Shown here in pieces: positions 13,286-25,859 of a stretch of DNA of 64,000 nt. Under the pieces are notes generated by a model. The model worked only from the letters and a program-made list of their open reading frames with translations, ran no database searches and was not told where the DNA came from. The stretch comes from Octopus vulgaris (Eukaryota). The number at the start of each line of letters is the position of its first letter. Position 1 is the first letter of the stretch. A program made the translations under genes and the position numbers. Location of the stretch: the NCBI GenBank assembly GCA_951406725.2, contig OX597817.1, positions 139,686,001 through 139,750,000 on the forward strand, in the 5' to 3' direction.

Positions 13286-13583
13286 GGAGGCACATGGCCT
13301 AGTGGTTAGAGCAGCGGACTCGCGGTTGAGGGATCGCGGGTTCAAATCTCAGACCGGGCGATGTGTGTACTTATGAGCGAAACACCTAAGCTCCACACGG
13401 CTCCGGCAGAAGATAATGTCGAACTTCTGCTGACTCTTTCGCCACAACTTTCTCTCACTCTTTCCTCCTGCATCTTGCAGCTCACTTGCGACGGACCGGC
13501 GTCCCGTTCAGGTGGGGAACCTATATGCCAAGGAAACCGGGAAACTGGCCCTTATGAGCCAGGCATGGCTCGCGAAGGAACAA
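13286..13583 (+). mobile_element. tRNA-derived SINE, family B, with TSD
   Basis: Head GGAGGCACATGGCCTAGTGGTTAGAGC...GGTTCAAATCTC; flanking direct repeat CAAT(C/T)ACCTCAAC at 13272-13284 and 13584-13596; CpGs retained, so probably young. Confidence 0.88.
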
Positions 13584-13717
13584 CAATTACCTCAACTGAA
13601 TCCTAGCAGCAGAGTGCACTCCAAGGTTTCACTGTATTTATTTCATTTTACTCAGCTCTTTCCTGTTTCTATTCGTTGATTTACTGTTTTTATATATATT
13701 TTTTTCTTCACTAAAAG

Positions 13718-13796
13718 ACCTGAGCTGAATATTCTAGCTTTCCAGCCTTGGAATGGTATTAATATTCCACAGAGTGTAGACAAAGCTGTTGGCGAG
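13718..13796 (+). CDS. SNX14: SNX14 exon 5 (RPELNILAFQPWNGINIPQSVDKAVGE)
   Basis: Acceptor ...ctaaaag, donor GAG|gtaaat; frame continuous; start of PXA domain. Confidence 0.93.
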
Positions 13797-14190
13797 GTAA
13801 ATATCTGCTTCACACATTTTTATATTTAACACTTCCTTAATTTCTGTTTGAAATGAATGTTTTGCTTTGAGAATGAATCTCACCTTGATGTTGTGTCAAA
13901 TGTTCTCTTTATAACATCTGAGTAGAGTGTTCCTTACTTAGCCCCTGTGGCCAATAAAAGGAGAATTATTGTAAGGCAGTGAAGCTGGCAGTATTGTTAG
14001 CACACTGGATGAAATGTTTAGCGGTATTTCACCCATCACTATGTTCTGAGTTCAAATTCTGCTGAGCTTGACTTTGCCTTTCATCCTTTCGGGGTCGATG
14101 AAATAAGTGCCAGTTTGACACTGGGGCCGATGTAATTGACTCATCTCCACCTCCCCCAAGCTGCTCTTGTGGTAAAAATTTGAAACGATA

Positions 14191-14223
<33 letters not shown>

Positions 14224-14684
14224 GCTACCGCTGCTGCTGCTGCTAAGGTAGCAAGGTGGCAGACTCGTTAGCATGTCAGACAAAATACTGCAAGTAATTT
14301 GTTCATTTCTGCATTCTGAGTTCAAATGCTGCCAAGGGCAACTTTGCCTTTCCTTGTTATGGGATCAATGAAATATGTACCAGTTGAGCCATGGTTTCAG
14401 TGCAATTGACCTACCCCTCTATCCCCACCTAAGGTTGCTGGCCTTGTGCCAGAATATGAAAGAATTATTATAGGCTTTTCTTTGGTAGTTTAATGCAAGT
14501 TTCAACTGCATCAACTGGTGCACCTCAATGATGTCCTTGAGGTGTGTTGCAACAGGGTGTTCTTATTTTTGTGTAGACTGGGGGAAAGCAAACTCCTTCT
14601 GTTAGTCTGCTGCACCAGTTTTGTTAAGGGGTTTAGTTTCCTTGTTTCTTGTTGATAATGTGTGTAATCAGTTGTATTATTCTA

Positions 14685-15043
14685 CTAGCACTATGACCCG
14701 GCAACACTGGGTCATAGTGCTAGTGCATGTATATACAGCTGCGTGCGTGCACACATACATGCGAGTACTGTCCAAATCTCCGACCAATCACATACAGCTA
14801 GCTGGCATTTAATAGGCGTATCAAGTTTCAGGCATTTTCATTGGGTTTTGGATTGAAAATTCACAAAAAAGTAACTTCTATTGATTTTTTAATGGCTTTG
14901 CGGGGGTGACTGGGGAAATGTAAAAATGTGCACGACCACCCTTGGATGGTTTTAAATGACCATAGAAAGTGCGAGCCCTCTAACTGAAAAATTGTGGATT
15001 TGTATAAAGGACACACACACAGACATTTTGCCGTTTATATATA
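14685..15043 (-). mobile_element. Non-autonomous Helitron-like element, family 1
   Basis: Terminal CTAG with GC hairpin (CTAGCACTATGACCC...GGGTCATAGTGCTAG); inverted homologue at 25458-25818. Confidence 0.8.
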
Positions 15044-15045
15044 TA

Positions 15046-15684
15046 CTAGCAGTATCGCCCGGCGTTGCTCGGGTTTGTAAGGGAAATAACTATATAAGCA
15101 TTTTTAGAGAGTTATAGCCAAAAAATATCAAAAATGCATTAAAAATGGAAAAAATATGATGGTAAATTTTTTTAAAAATCGTTGACTCATCGTAGACATT
15201 TTTAGAGAGTTACTTCCCTTATATAATAGCGAAAAAATGCATTAAAATGGAAAAAAAAACGATGGTAAATTTTTTTTAAATCGTAGACTCATGTAGACGC
15301 TTTCTTAGCCATTTCTGTTTTGGTGTCTTCAAGCCATGAAGTCGTTGTTCTAAAAGAACGCTGGTCTCCTTGACAACGCATTACGACGTTGATTTCCTTA
15401 CACTCTCTTCCCCACAGGTGCAGGTGTGAGCGTGGACGCCAACTCCGCCGCCATCGACACACGAAAAATTATGCATTAAAATGGAATAAAAAAATGATGT
15501 TAAATTATTTTTAAAATCGTAGACTCATCGTAGACGCGCGCTAATACTCAGACGGGCTCGATATGAATCACGACTATAAGCTACCCGAATTTGGTTAAAC
15601 TGCACCGCAAAATGTGGGAGTAGTTAGGAATCTAAATCGAAGGGGACAGACACTCACACAACTACAGTTTTATATATATATAGA
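15046..15684 (-). mobile_element. Non-autonomous Helitron-like element, family 2
   Basis: Minus-strand 5' TC at 15684 and 3' CTAG at 15046 with subterminal hairpin CCCGGCGTTGCTCGGG; internal tandem duplications (GACTCATCGTAGAC blocks). Confidence 0.8.
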
Positions 15685-15739
15685 TATACATAGCGCAGTA
15701 GTGGTGAGATGTGACAGCAAAGAAAAGCATACATTCACT

Positions 15740-16285
15740 CTCTGCATGCAATTAGACTCGGAAAGTTCGTGAGGAACCCATTGACCCAATTTGCTGACTT
15801 TTCCGATAGCACACAGGTCTCAATGAATGGTTGAATGACCAAATCCAAGCTTCTCTGCTAGTTCCTCAACAGTTACGATGAGATTTTGTTCCACCAGGGT
15901 TTTCAGGATGTCCTTGTCGAGTTCTACAGATCTTTCAGGATGAGGCTCGTCTTCTAGGCTGTAGTTTATGGCTCGGAATTTCTGGAACCACCATTGACAC
16001 TGCCTTACGCTTATTGTCCAATCCCCATATACTGCATTAATATTTCTTGTACTTTCCGTTGCGTTGTTGTCTTTATTGAACTCATAAAGCAAAATATGCT
16101 CCTTTGTTACTTCCAACATAGCTTTGAAAAAAATAGCTGTTAAAATCGAAATGCACTCTTCAAAACTTGCACTATGAATAAGGACAAGATAAAATTACTA
16201 CCTGCTTTTATAGCAAGTTAATATAAGTAGCTTATCCCATTCCCCTCTGACTTTTAGTTCAAGCTGTTGAAAAAACCGCATTATT
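15740..16285 (-). mobile_element. Mariner transposase 5' fragment
   Basis: ORF 15820-16119 (MLEVTKEHILLYEF...WFQKFR...SLEDEPH...EELAEKLG), followed by QWVPHEL in another frame. Confidence 0.88.
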
Positions 16286-16604
16286 ATATATATATACATA
16301 CATACATACATACATATACACACACACTCTCTCTCACACACACATGCACACATTTATATTCTGTTATTCTTTTATATGTTTCAGCCTTGAGGTTGTGGCC
16401 ATGCTGGATCATGTGTGTGTGTGTGTGTGTGTGTGTGTCTATCTGTCTGTCTGTCTGTATGTATATATGTATATGTATGTGTGTGAACAATAATATTTTC
16501 AACAGATGTGTTGCAAATGTATCTGATTGTTCTCAAGCTTCAATACTGTGTGTGTGTGTATGTGTGTGTGTGTGTATGTATGTATGTATATGTATGTATG
16601 TATG

Positions 16605-16636
<32 letters not shown>

Positions 16637-16711
16637 TGTATGTGTGTATGTGTATGTGTGTGTGTATGTATGTATGTATGTATGTATGTATGAGTGTATG
16701 TTTACTTTATT

Positions 16712-17150
16712 ACTAACACAAGCCACTACGGTTATTTACTGTAAAGTCTTCCTCAAATCACTCTGTCGCTAATTTACTCTCTTCCAAGAACATTTTCACT
16801 CACACTTATGTCTTAGCTTCCCATACATTTTACTCATGTATCTATCAGCGTGATAGACAGAAACAAATATTACATCTAGTTTCACTTTATTCGTTGCCCA
16901 CTGTGTGTGTGCGTTTGCATGTGGTGTAAACCAGACTAAGAAAAGCATTTGACACACACACCAGAATGTGAGTTTTCTGTAAATTTTGCTTAATTGGAGT
17001 TTAAATTTAAAAAACTGGACCTGGCATGACGCGATGCATTGTACTCTTAAAAATGCTAGGTAAATTGTAATTGAAGAAATGCTATATTGTAGATTTGTAT
17101 AACTCCCAAAGGGAGGCAGATAAAATCTGCCTTTTATAATAAGAGATAGA
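16712..17150 (-). mobile_element. Possible third Helitron-like element
   Basis: Minus-strand 5' end ATCTATCTCTTATTATAAAAGGCAGA resembles Helitron 5' ends; 3' end unclear. Confidence 0.4.
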
Positions 17151-17199
17151 TTATTAAGCCTTAATCTTGTGTCATATTTGTTGCTTGTGTTGTTTTAGA

Positions 17200-17700
17200 T
17201 TATTGGATATTCGTTGTACAAAGTGGTGGTTGTTGTGTGTGAAGATTGATCTGCTACTCAGAAACTGTCCTCTTGAACTGATAGACTTGTGTAAGACGTG
17301 GACTGTTCCTTGCAGAGTTATTTTTTAGGGGTGGGTGGGGTGGGGTGGTAGTGTGTAGCGTTGTGAGTCCTGATATAGTTTCTGCGTCTTTTTTCATATT
17401 TCTTTTAATCATGCCTAATGCTCCGATTACAAGTGGTACTATTTCCAGTTTCACTTCTCAAATATATTTCAAGGTCTTTCTCTGTTGATAATTTCTCCAT
17501 CTCCTTCTGGTAAATATTTTCACCAAAAGCGATTGCAGAGTTCTATCAGTGTGCTTGAGTTTGTTTTCCAGTCTTTTATCATAATGTCTGGATGGTTTGC
17601 CATCATCTCTTTGTCACCTTGGATGGACATATCCCCAAATTATGATGGTCAGGTTGTTGTCCTGTTTCTTCTTTATTTCCATGTCTCATTGTGCTTGCTT
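17200..17700 (-). mobile_element. R4/Dong-like non-LTR relic (restriction-like endonuclease C-terminus)
   Basis: NHPDIMIKDWKTNSSTLIE (PD..D-type RLE motif) and IVPLVIGALGMI. Confidence 0.75.
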
Positions 17701-18075
17701 ATTATTATTATTATCATTCAGTAGTTTTATTTTTATAGCGTGCTTTCACTCCACTACCGAGCGCAGCTCTGTGTGCCTTGGGTATGTGCTGTGTTTTGTT
17801 GTGATGCTCTGATGGTTACTGTATTGAAAGTGTTTTGCGTAGGATGTGTGTAGTGCCCAGTAGTGCAATTTTCTGTAAGTTTGTAAGTTCTGGTGTTTTT
17901 GTTATGTATTTGTCTGAATATTTTTTTATCATGCCTAATGCACCTACTATGTTAGAAATGTTTCTGTTTTTAGATTCCACATTCTAGTTACTGCTATTTC
18001 CAGGTCTTTGTATTTTGAAAGTTTCTTTATTTCTTTTAGAGACACGTTGTCATCTGAATAATCAACTGGAAGGCA
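17701..18075 (-). mobile_element. R4/Dong-like non-LTR 3' end within (TAA)n
   Basis: DDNVSLKEIKKLSKYKDLEIAVTRMWNLKT...GALGMIKK...LQKIALLGTTHILRKTLSIQ*, short 3' UTR, flanked by TAA repeats (the known Dong target). Confidence 0.85.
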
Positions 18076-18628
18076 TATTATTATTATTGTTATTATTATT
18101 ATTTCTTGGCATTTTGTTTGTTCATCTTTATGTTCTGAGTTCAAATTCTGCTGAGTTTGACTTTGCATTTCACCCTTTTGAGGTCGATCAAATAAAGTAC
18201 CAGTTGGAGTTGATGTAAATCACTTTTCCCACTTCCTCACATTTGTTGGCATTATTATTAATATCACTATTGTTATTACTACTGCTACTACTTGGCCTTT
18301 CATCTGTCCTTACATTTTTTGTTCAAATTCTGTCAAGGTCGATTTTGCCTTTCATCCTTTTGGGGTCTATAAATTAAGTACCAGTGAAACACTGGGGTTG
18401 ATGTAATCGACTAGATGCACCCCCACAAATTTCAGGCCTTGTGCCTACAGTAGAAAGAATTATTATTATTGTTGTTGTTATTATTATAAATTAAAAGACT
18501 AAAAGCGTAATTATGTTGACAACCAAAGCCTGTTACGTGTTTGAATGGATGATGTATATTTATTGCCAATTAACTAATTAACAGCTGTAGTATTAATTAA
18601 CAATATAATTGGTCTCATATTTCTTTAA

Positions 18629-18968
18629 CCCTTTAGCATTCAGGTTGCTTTGTTGTTCATATGGCTTTGAATTAAATCCTGCATTATTTTCTAGCTTTGA
18701 AATTTCAATGATGTAATTGTTTACTGTTAAAATGACATTGTAGGGTAGGTGTGAGAAGCTGGATCTGTCCAGTTTGAACATAAAGCAGGTAGAATATTTT
18801 GGTCAGATGTCGTGTTAGGAAGGGCATCCAGCTGTAGAAACATTGCCAGATCAGATTGGAGCCTGGTGCAGCTGCTGGCACTCCAGACCTCAGTCAAACA
18901 ATCCAACCCATGCCAGCATGGAAAACGGACGTTGGATGAGGATGATGGTCAGTTTAAACGCTAAAGGG
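18629..18968. mobile_element. piggyBac-like MITE (TTAA TSD) with RTE tail inserted at ~18808-18946
   Basis: TTAA|CCCTTTAGC...GCTAAAGGG|TTAA; related partial copies at ~22617 and ~61088. Confidence 0.85.
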
Positions 18969-19905
18969 TTAATATAATGATGACCCTCAGTTATTCCTGA
19001 ATATATTTCTACTGACTAATATATGAAGTGACCAAAAGAAACGTTGAACAAATCACAGAAAACTTTGAATGAAATTTAAATAAAACACTGCTTACCAGCA
19101 TCGCCTTACTGGCACCTGTGCCGGTGGCACGTATTAAAAGATTCGAGCGAGGTTGTTGCCAGTACCGCTTGACTGGCCCCGTGCCGGTGGCATGTAAAAA
19201 GCACCTGCTACACTCTCGGAGTGGTTGGCGTTAGGAAGAGCATCCAGCTGTAGAAACTCTGCCAGATCAAGATTGAAGCCTGGTGCAGCCATCTGGTTCG
19301 CCAGCCCTTAGTCATTTGTCCAACCCATGCTAGCATGGAAAGCGGATGTTAAACAATGATGATGATGACTGCTTTTCATAATAAATCCTCATGCGATGCA
19401 CCATGAACAGCGAAATTCAGAGCCGTGACTGATATACATGTTATGTCCTGGCAGATTCAGGTGTTAATCTGCTGATCACTGTTGTGTTCCATCACAGAAG
19501 ATCAACTCCTCAACACTGAATTTGTGTTCATAGGACAGTTCAAAGAACTCTGGGATAGCTGGCGTTTCAACATTATTATGTCTCATCAGCCAGAGGCAGC
19601 CCTTTGGATTAATGAATCTAATAAGAATTGATGCTCTTGTTTATAAGCCTCAACAATCAAACTGTTTGCTGATCCAATCTATTTCAGATTCCCTTACAAT
19701 AAGGGGTCGAATATGTTACAAATATACGTACATCGTAAAGTTGTTGTTGTCCTGTAATGAAACCCGTTTATTTCTAATATTGTTGGAATAATTTTATCTC
19801 TAAACTTTTCACAAATGGTTTTCTTTATTTCTCTCTCACTCTTATTAAAAAAATATTTTATTTTATATTGTCAATTCAGCTGTTTTTAAATTTTGTATTT
19901 TCTAG

Positions 19906-19949
19906 TTACTTGAATTGGTTTTTAAAGAATTCATCTATTCTTGGTTCAA
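19906..19949 (+). CDS. SNX14: SNX14 exon 6 (LLELVFKEFIYSWF)
   Basis: tttctag acceptor, gtaagt donor; PXA motif (human VLELVLENFVYPWY). Confidence 0.94.
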
Positions 19950-19987
19950 GTAAGTGGACAGATTTATAACTTTATTCATCTATCTAA

Positions 19988-20200
19988 CCCTTTCATTACC
20001 ATATTTCTTCTGAGATGCTCTGTGTTTTTTTTTCCAATTAATTTTAATTATAACATAAAATTTAGTAAAATAACTTAGTTATCATTAAGCTAATGATTGC
20101 GACTAAGGTTTGGTGGAAGATTTTAATTGAGAACTTATGAAAACAAGACATTTGTACTTCAGAGCCAGATGCGGTTTCAGCCAGGTTGCTATCAAATGGG
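19988..20200. mobile_element. piggyBac-like MITE, family 2
   Basis: CTAA|CCCTTT...AAATGGG|TTAA; reverse-complement homologue of 33588-33804; partial opposite-orientation copy follows at 20205. Confidence 0.75.
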
Positions 20201-20842
20201 TTAACCTTTTCAAATCACCATACCTGAGATGACTCATTATTCTATGATATAAACTTTGTGTTTAAAGTGATCTTCAAAATTTCAAGTGAATTTTGGTTCT
20301 AAATCTCAGCTTAATAATGACAGTTATTTTACTAAATATACAGTGGATGAGAAGATGCTTGGATAAACTGTATAACAGATGTACAATGGATTAGAGTTTG
20401 GACTGGTGCAGATTCTCAAAAATCAAGGACTATATTTTGCTTTTTCCAAATATTTTTTACATTTCTGTAACGTCCTGTATAAATGATATAATGTCAGTGT
20501 ATAAACATTTGTCTGTCCTGTTTCTTTTACTAAATATATTATTTTCCAAATTAATTAGAACAAAGGTAGTGTTTTTGGTAATCCTTTAATATTCATTAGT
20601 TTTTCTGTGTTTTGATAGAGTGATCCTCAGTGTCTATAACTTTGTGGTGCAGTGAAGATTTAATAAAAATAATAGCCAGTTCTTGGAAAGTTAAAGTTTT
20701 AAAGTTGAAAATTAGCGAAAAATTATAAACTACTCTTACATACGTAGTTTATAAGAAAATTATCAATAAAAATTTTGACAAGACATTCAAACATTACTTT
20801 GGAGTTTTTAACGCTATAAAATTATATTTCAAAAAATTCACA

Positions 20843-20976
20843 GCTAGGTACTCCATCATGGCATGGCTAGGTACTCGATTGTAGAATGGCTAGGTACTCT
20901 ATTGTGACATGGCTAGGTACTCCATCATGGCATGGCTAGGTACTCCATGGAATGGCTGGGTTCTCCATTGTGACAT
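20843..20976. repeat. 23-bp minisatellite, about 6 units
   Basis: Core TGGCTAGGTACTC repeated with variable ~10-nt remainder. Confidence 0.9.
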
Positions 20977-21013
20977 ATATATATATATATAATATATTTT
21001 ATTTATTTTACAG

Positions 21014-21101
21014 AGATTTAAGTATTGATGAAGAATTTGTTCAAGAACTGCGAAACAGTTTACGGTTTTTTGCTGCTGTTCTCTTAAGACGAGCACAAAA
21101 G
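21014..21101 (+). CDS. SNX14: SNX14 exon 7 (KDLSIDEEFVQELRNSLRFFAAVLLRRAQK)
   Basis: ttttacag acceptor, AAG|gtaaaa donor; PXA domain. Confidence 0.95.
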
Positions 21102-22425
21102 GTAAAAGTTTTTTACATGGTGAAAATAAAACAATATTTCACAGAAAAAAATCCCCAAATCTTAGAAATTGAAGATGTTTGAAAACTCTATTGTCTAATG
21201 TGCTGTTGTTGTGTAAGTTTGGTCAAATATATTGAAGCAGAATGATCATAATTGTTTTGTTGGTTTGTGTTTGTCTCTTCTGATCACGAACACCTGTCAT
21301 CATTCCAGCTTTCTCAATCCCCTCTTGTATTCATTCACAATGCATCTAGGACTACACTATCTTTTGTGTTTTTTATTTTATTAAGATAGTACCGGTGGCA
21401 CGTAAAAAGCACCAACTGATTGTGGCCGTTGCCAGCCTCACCTGGCACCTGTGCTGGTGGCACGTAAAAAGCACCCACTACACTCATGGAGTGGTTGGCG
21501 TTAGGAAGGGCATTCAGCTGTAGAAACACTGCCAGATCAGACTGGGCCTGGTGCAGCCTCCTGGCTTCCCAGACCCCAGTCGAACCATCCAACCCATGCT
21601 AGCATGGAAAGCGGATGTTAAACGATGATGATGATAGTGTCATAGGTGATCTGTGTGGCTATAGAAGGAAGAAAACCCAGTTTGTCACCCAAAGATTCCA
21701 AGTTCCATCCTCACTAAAGATGACATATAATAGCAGAAGGACACCCAGGAGTCACTTCTTAGGTGGGCCTGGCTCCCTAAGAAAGTCAAGAACTAACAAA
21801 GAGTTCTTTCTCTGAGGATTTCTCCTGCTCTCACTCACTCTGTACCAAGTTTCTGCTCACTAAAGAGATATTTGACTATTGTTTCTAGAACATGTAGCTA
21901 CAATATAGCTTGCAATTTTTTTGTGCTATTATAAGATGTAAAAGTATTAACTCCTCTGATGATGTTAATCTAACACAATAGTGTGGACATCAGTAGTGGT
22001 AGGGCTGACCTAATCCTCCTCACCATTTGTGTTTTAGTGTTTACAAATGTAACCTCTTAGATTTGTGTTGTGACATTTTTAAGGCTTTAACTCTTCTGAT
22101 ATGAACCTGCCTGAAATTGTCTCTAATTTTCTGATACAAACTTTTGTTTTAAAGAGATCTACATTAAAACCTTCCAACAATGTCATGAGAGATGACAAAT
22201 GTTTGGGTTGATTGCAAATGTGTATAAGAAGCGAGGGTGGGGAGGGCAGGTTTAGTACATGGCAAGAGTGAGAAGCAACAGAATAGCATCTTCACTAATT
22301 TGTTCCAATTTCAAGACAGATATTGCTAATTAAAAGCTAACTCTTCTGTTAATCAGTTCCAAATTCTATATTATTTTTATTTCTTGATTCTATGTAAACC
22401 GTATGTTATTCTTTCTGTATTTCAG

Positions 22426-22510
22426 ATTGATATTCCAGACCTGATAACCAGTAAATTAAGCAAGGCAGGTCTTGCACATCTTGATTCTTATTTACAGACA
22501 AAGAAAAGAG
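22426..22510 (+). CDS. SNX14: SNX14 exon 8 (IDIPDLITSKLSKAGLAHLDSYLQTKKR)
   Basis: tttcag acceptor, G|gtaaat donor; PXA domain. Confidence 0.95.
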
Positions 22511-23948
22511 GTAAATGCCATCTTTCTACCTTAAAACTTCTAAAGCCAATCTCTCTGTCCAGTATTTATACTACTAATCCCTGGGTATTATTACTATTAT
22601 CCTGGGTAGCAGTTAAACCCTTTAGCATTCAGATTATTCTGTCAAATGTGAGACTTATTTAATTCCATTGTTTTTAGTTAATCATGGATTATCTTGTAGC
22701 TTTGAGATTTTGATGATCTTTAGAATGACTTTAATTTAAGTTTAATCTAAGTTATTTCTGCCAACTCCTTTTATAATGCTATATAGGTACACATCCAGTG
22801 GTATATTTGATATTAAATATCCCTTAGATGGTTGATTAGCCTCTAACTCATACTGAGATAAATATTTATATGTATGCTCACACACTGCCCGAATCTTGTA
22901 CGATATTATTCTCTTTGTTGTTCATTTGACCCTGTAACCCTGCTGGGGTAATACGTCTAAAGTCATTATTGGTCTATTAAATAGACCCCAGCATTCATGT
23001 AATCCATTCTGCTACTTTGCCATTCAATAAGCAAAGATAAAATAAATCATGTCTCGGCATAAAATAATGCAACTTGACATTCCATTGTACACTGCTCTAG
23101 ATAAACATGGGCATGTGCACACACATACATACACGACAGACTTCTTTCAGTTTTCATCTACAATATTCACCGACAAGGCTTTGGCTGACCCAATACCACA
23201 GTAGATTGTTGGCCAAGGTGCCTGGTGATAGGATTGAACCCAAGACCACACGGTTGAGAAGCAAGCTTCTTAACCATGCAGCCATACCTGTGCTTATATG
23301 TTTACGTATCACCTGGAGCCACTCAACAACAAAATTTCAAAGGTTATAGAAATAGTTGTAAGCCATCACTTCCTTTGAAGTTTGTGATGGCAATATTGGA
23401 GTAATTTTTACAAATTTGTTAACAATTCAAATATGCTTCAGACCTATTTGTACTCAAAAGAAACACACTCATTGTATTTTGCTATTTCTTGGTGGAGACA
23501 AAAAGGTTTCTCCAAGACAAAATACGGCGAATGACATTCTTTTGGCTTTGAATTTGCCTCAAGCATATTTGAATTGGTAACAAGTTTATATTTCTACACA
23601 TCAATGCTTAATGCCCTACCGTACACACATTAGTGGCAATATATCTTGCGAAAATATCTAAATTTTCAGAACCAAACCACCCACACATAGAAAAAAACAA
23701 AAAAACAGTTAGACAGACGAATGTAGATGCAAAATAAATTAGACTTTGCAGTATTTAATTATGATACTATAATTTCTAAGATCTGAGTTAAAACTGGCGT
23801 TTCTCTTCATCCCACCTGGGTAAATAAAATGAATTGGCAAAGAAATCCTAGTGTTTATATAATTGACAGCCAGACTCTCCAAAATTTCTAAATTAGAAAT
23901 CAAAAGGAAATCCTCTTTATTGTACTTGTTTTTTTTGTATATTTTCAG

Positions 23949-24105
23949 TTCCCATTGGAACTGACTTACAGCATGCTACTTTGAACTATCTTGGGCCATC
24001 ACTACATGTTGCCATGCAAAGTCGGAAAATGGAACTGGAATATCTGCGCCGTCTCACTGAGAGTTTGTTTCCGTTTATTATTCAACCATATGCTTTACAT
24101 TCACC
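23949..24105 (+). CDS. SNX14: SNX14 exon 9 ([52 protein letters not shown])
   Basis: ttttcag acceptor, gtaagt donor; LHVA...ELxYLR PXA motif. Confidence 0.96.
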
Positions 24106-24410
24106 GTAAGTTTACAGCTTTCTATTATGTCCTTACATATATATATATATACACACCAAATATATATGTTTTTATTATTAGTTTGTAATTTACTTAATCA
24201 TCGGAATATTATTGTTATTTTAATTTTAATATTTCTTTTATATGTAATTTTCTAGATGGTGCAATTTAATTGTTCATTTTGAACTGATAAAAGGTGTTTT
24301 TTTCTAATTTATATATATATATATCTATTATGTTTTGTGAAATTTGATTTAGTATTTCTAAATTGAATTTTTCCCTGTAAGTTAGGAATTCCGTCAAATA
24401 ATTATTATAT

Positions 24411-25270
24411 ATGTAATGTCAGTACTCATACTCGGCAGAGTGTAAGTACCTTGAGAGAAAAGCTGGACCTAAGAAGCATCAGTTGTGGTGTGCAAGAGAG
24501 ACATTTGCACTGGTATGGTCATGTGGCGAGAATGGATGAAGATAGTTGTGTGAAAAAGTGCCACACCCTAGCTGTTGAGGGAACCTGCGGAAGAGGCAGA
24601 CCCAGGAAAACCTGGGACGAGGTGGTGAAGCACGACCTTCGAACTTTAGGTCTCACTGAGGAAATGACTAGAGACCGAGACCTCTGGAAGTGTGCTGTGC
24701 GCGAGAAGACCCGGCAGGACAAGTGAGTTCATAACTCGTGGCCTTCTACATGGGATGGAGCCAGCCTACGTATGCATACCTTCCCTTCTTGGGACACAAA
24801 ACTCTACTTGTGAAGACCTGTTGAGGCAAGTGAGGATCAGAATCAAAATCGATCAATGGAAATTGCAGATGTGTTACCAGTGCCGGTGGCATGTAAGATG
24901 TAAGAACCTTCCGTTTCGCGACCGTTGCCAGCACCGCCCCGACTGGCCTCGTGCCGATGGCACGTAAAAAGCACCATCCGTTCGTGTCCGTTGCCAGCCT
25001 CGCCTGGCCCTCGTGCCGGTGGCACATAAAAAGCACCATCCGTTCATGGCTGTTTGCCAGCTCTGTCTGGCACCTGTGCGGGTGGCACGTAAAAAGCACC
25101 CACTACACTCATGGAGTGGTTGGCGTTAGGAAGGGCATCCAGCCATAGAAACACTGCCAGATTTGACTGGGCCTGATGAAGCCTTCTGGCTTCACAGACC
25201 CCAGTAGAACCGTCCAACCCATGCTAGCATGGAAAACAGACGCTAAACGATGATGATGATGATGATGATA
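24411..25270 (+). mobile_element. Young RTE LINE 3' end (ORF C-terminus + complete 3' UTR)
   Basis: ORF ...LHWYGHVARM...GRGRPRKTWDEVV...RDRDLWKCAV..DK* followed by hairpin-repeat array, conserved GGTTGGCGTTAGGAAGGGCATCCAG motif and (GAT)n tail. Confidence 0.95.
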
Positions 25271-25276
25271 TATATA

Positions 25277-25445
25277 TCATCATCATCATCAGCGTTTAAC
25301 ATCTGTTTTCCATATGGCATCGGTTGGATGGTTTGACTGGGGTCTGGGAAGCCAGGAGGCTGCACCAGGCCCCAATCTGATCTGATCCGAGAGTGTAGTG
25401 GGTGCTTTTTACGGGTCACCGGCACAGAAGCCAGTCAAAGCAGCA
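25277..25445 (-). mobile_element. RTE 3' tail, inverted tail-to-tail with previous element
   Basis: Reverse complement of the RTE tail, abutting through GATGAT-ATATAT-ATCATC. Confidence 0.88.
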
Positions 25446-25457
25446 TATATATGTGTA

Positions 25458-25818
25458 TCTCTATAATATATAAACGACAAAATGTCTGTGTATCCTTTAT
25501 ACAAATCCACAATTTTTCAGTTAGAGGGCTCGCACTTTCTATGGTCATTCAAAACCGTCCAATAGTGGTCATGCACATCTTTACATTTCCCCAATCACCC
25601 CGCAAAGCCATTAAAAAATCAATACATGTGACTTTTTTGTGAATTTTCTATCCAAAACCCAATGAAAATGCCCAAAACTTGATACGCCAATTGAATGCCA
25701 GCTAGCTGTATGTGATTGGTCAGAGATTTCGACAGTACTCGCGTGTATGTGTGCACGCACGCAGCTGTATATGCATGCGCTAGCACTATGACCCGGCGTT
25801 GCTGGGTCATAGTGCTAG
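25458..25818 (+). mobile_element. Non-autonomous Helitron-like element, family 1 (complete)
   Basis: A|TC 5' end, 3' hairpin + CTAG|T; inserted in AT with no TSD. Confidence 0.85.

Positions 25819-25859
<41 letters not shown>

Noticed and set aside
13286-13375. tRNA genes (also 27771-27835, 37420-37492, 47408-47480)
   Set aside because: A/B boxes are present but there is no complete cloverleaf or acceptor stem; each continues into a repeat body, so these are SINE heads.
16267-16772. Long ORFs in microsatellites (also 497-808, 37394-37818, 41911-42426, 46834-47316, 56532-57343)
   Set aside because: Open only because (TA)n, (CA)n, (TATG)n, (AAT)n and (CT)n repeats lack stops in those frames; low-complexity translations.
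21955-22010. Intronic C/D-box snoRNA (TGATGA...CTGA)
   Set aside because: No terminal stem or recognisable rRNA guide; these motifs are common in this sequence.
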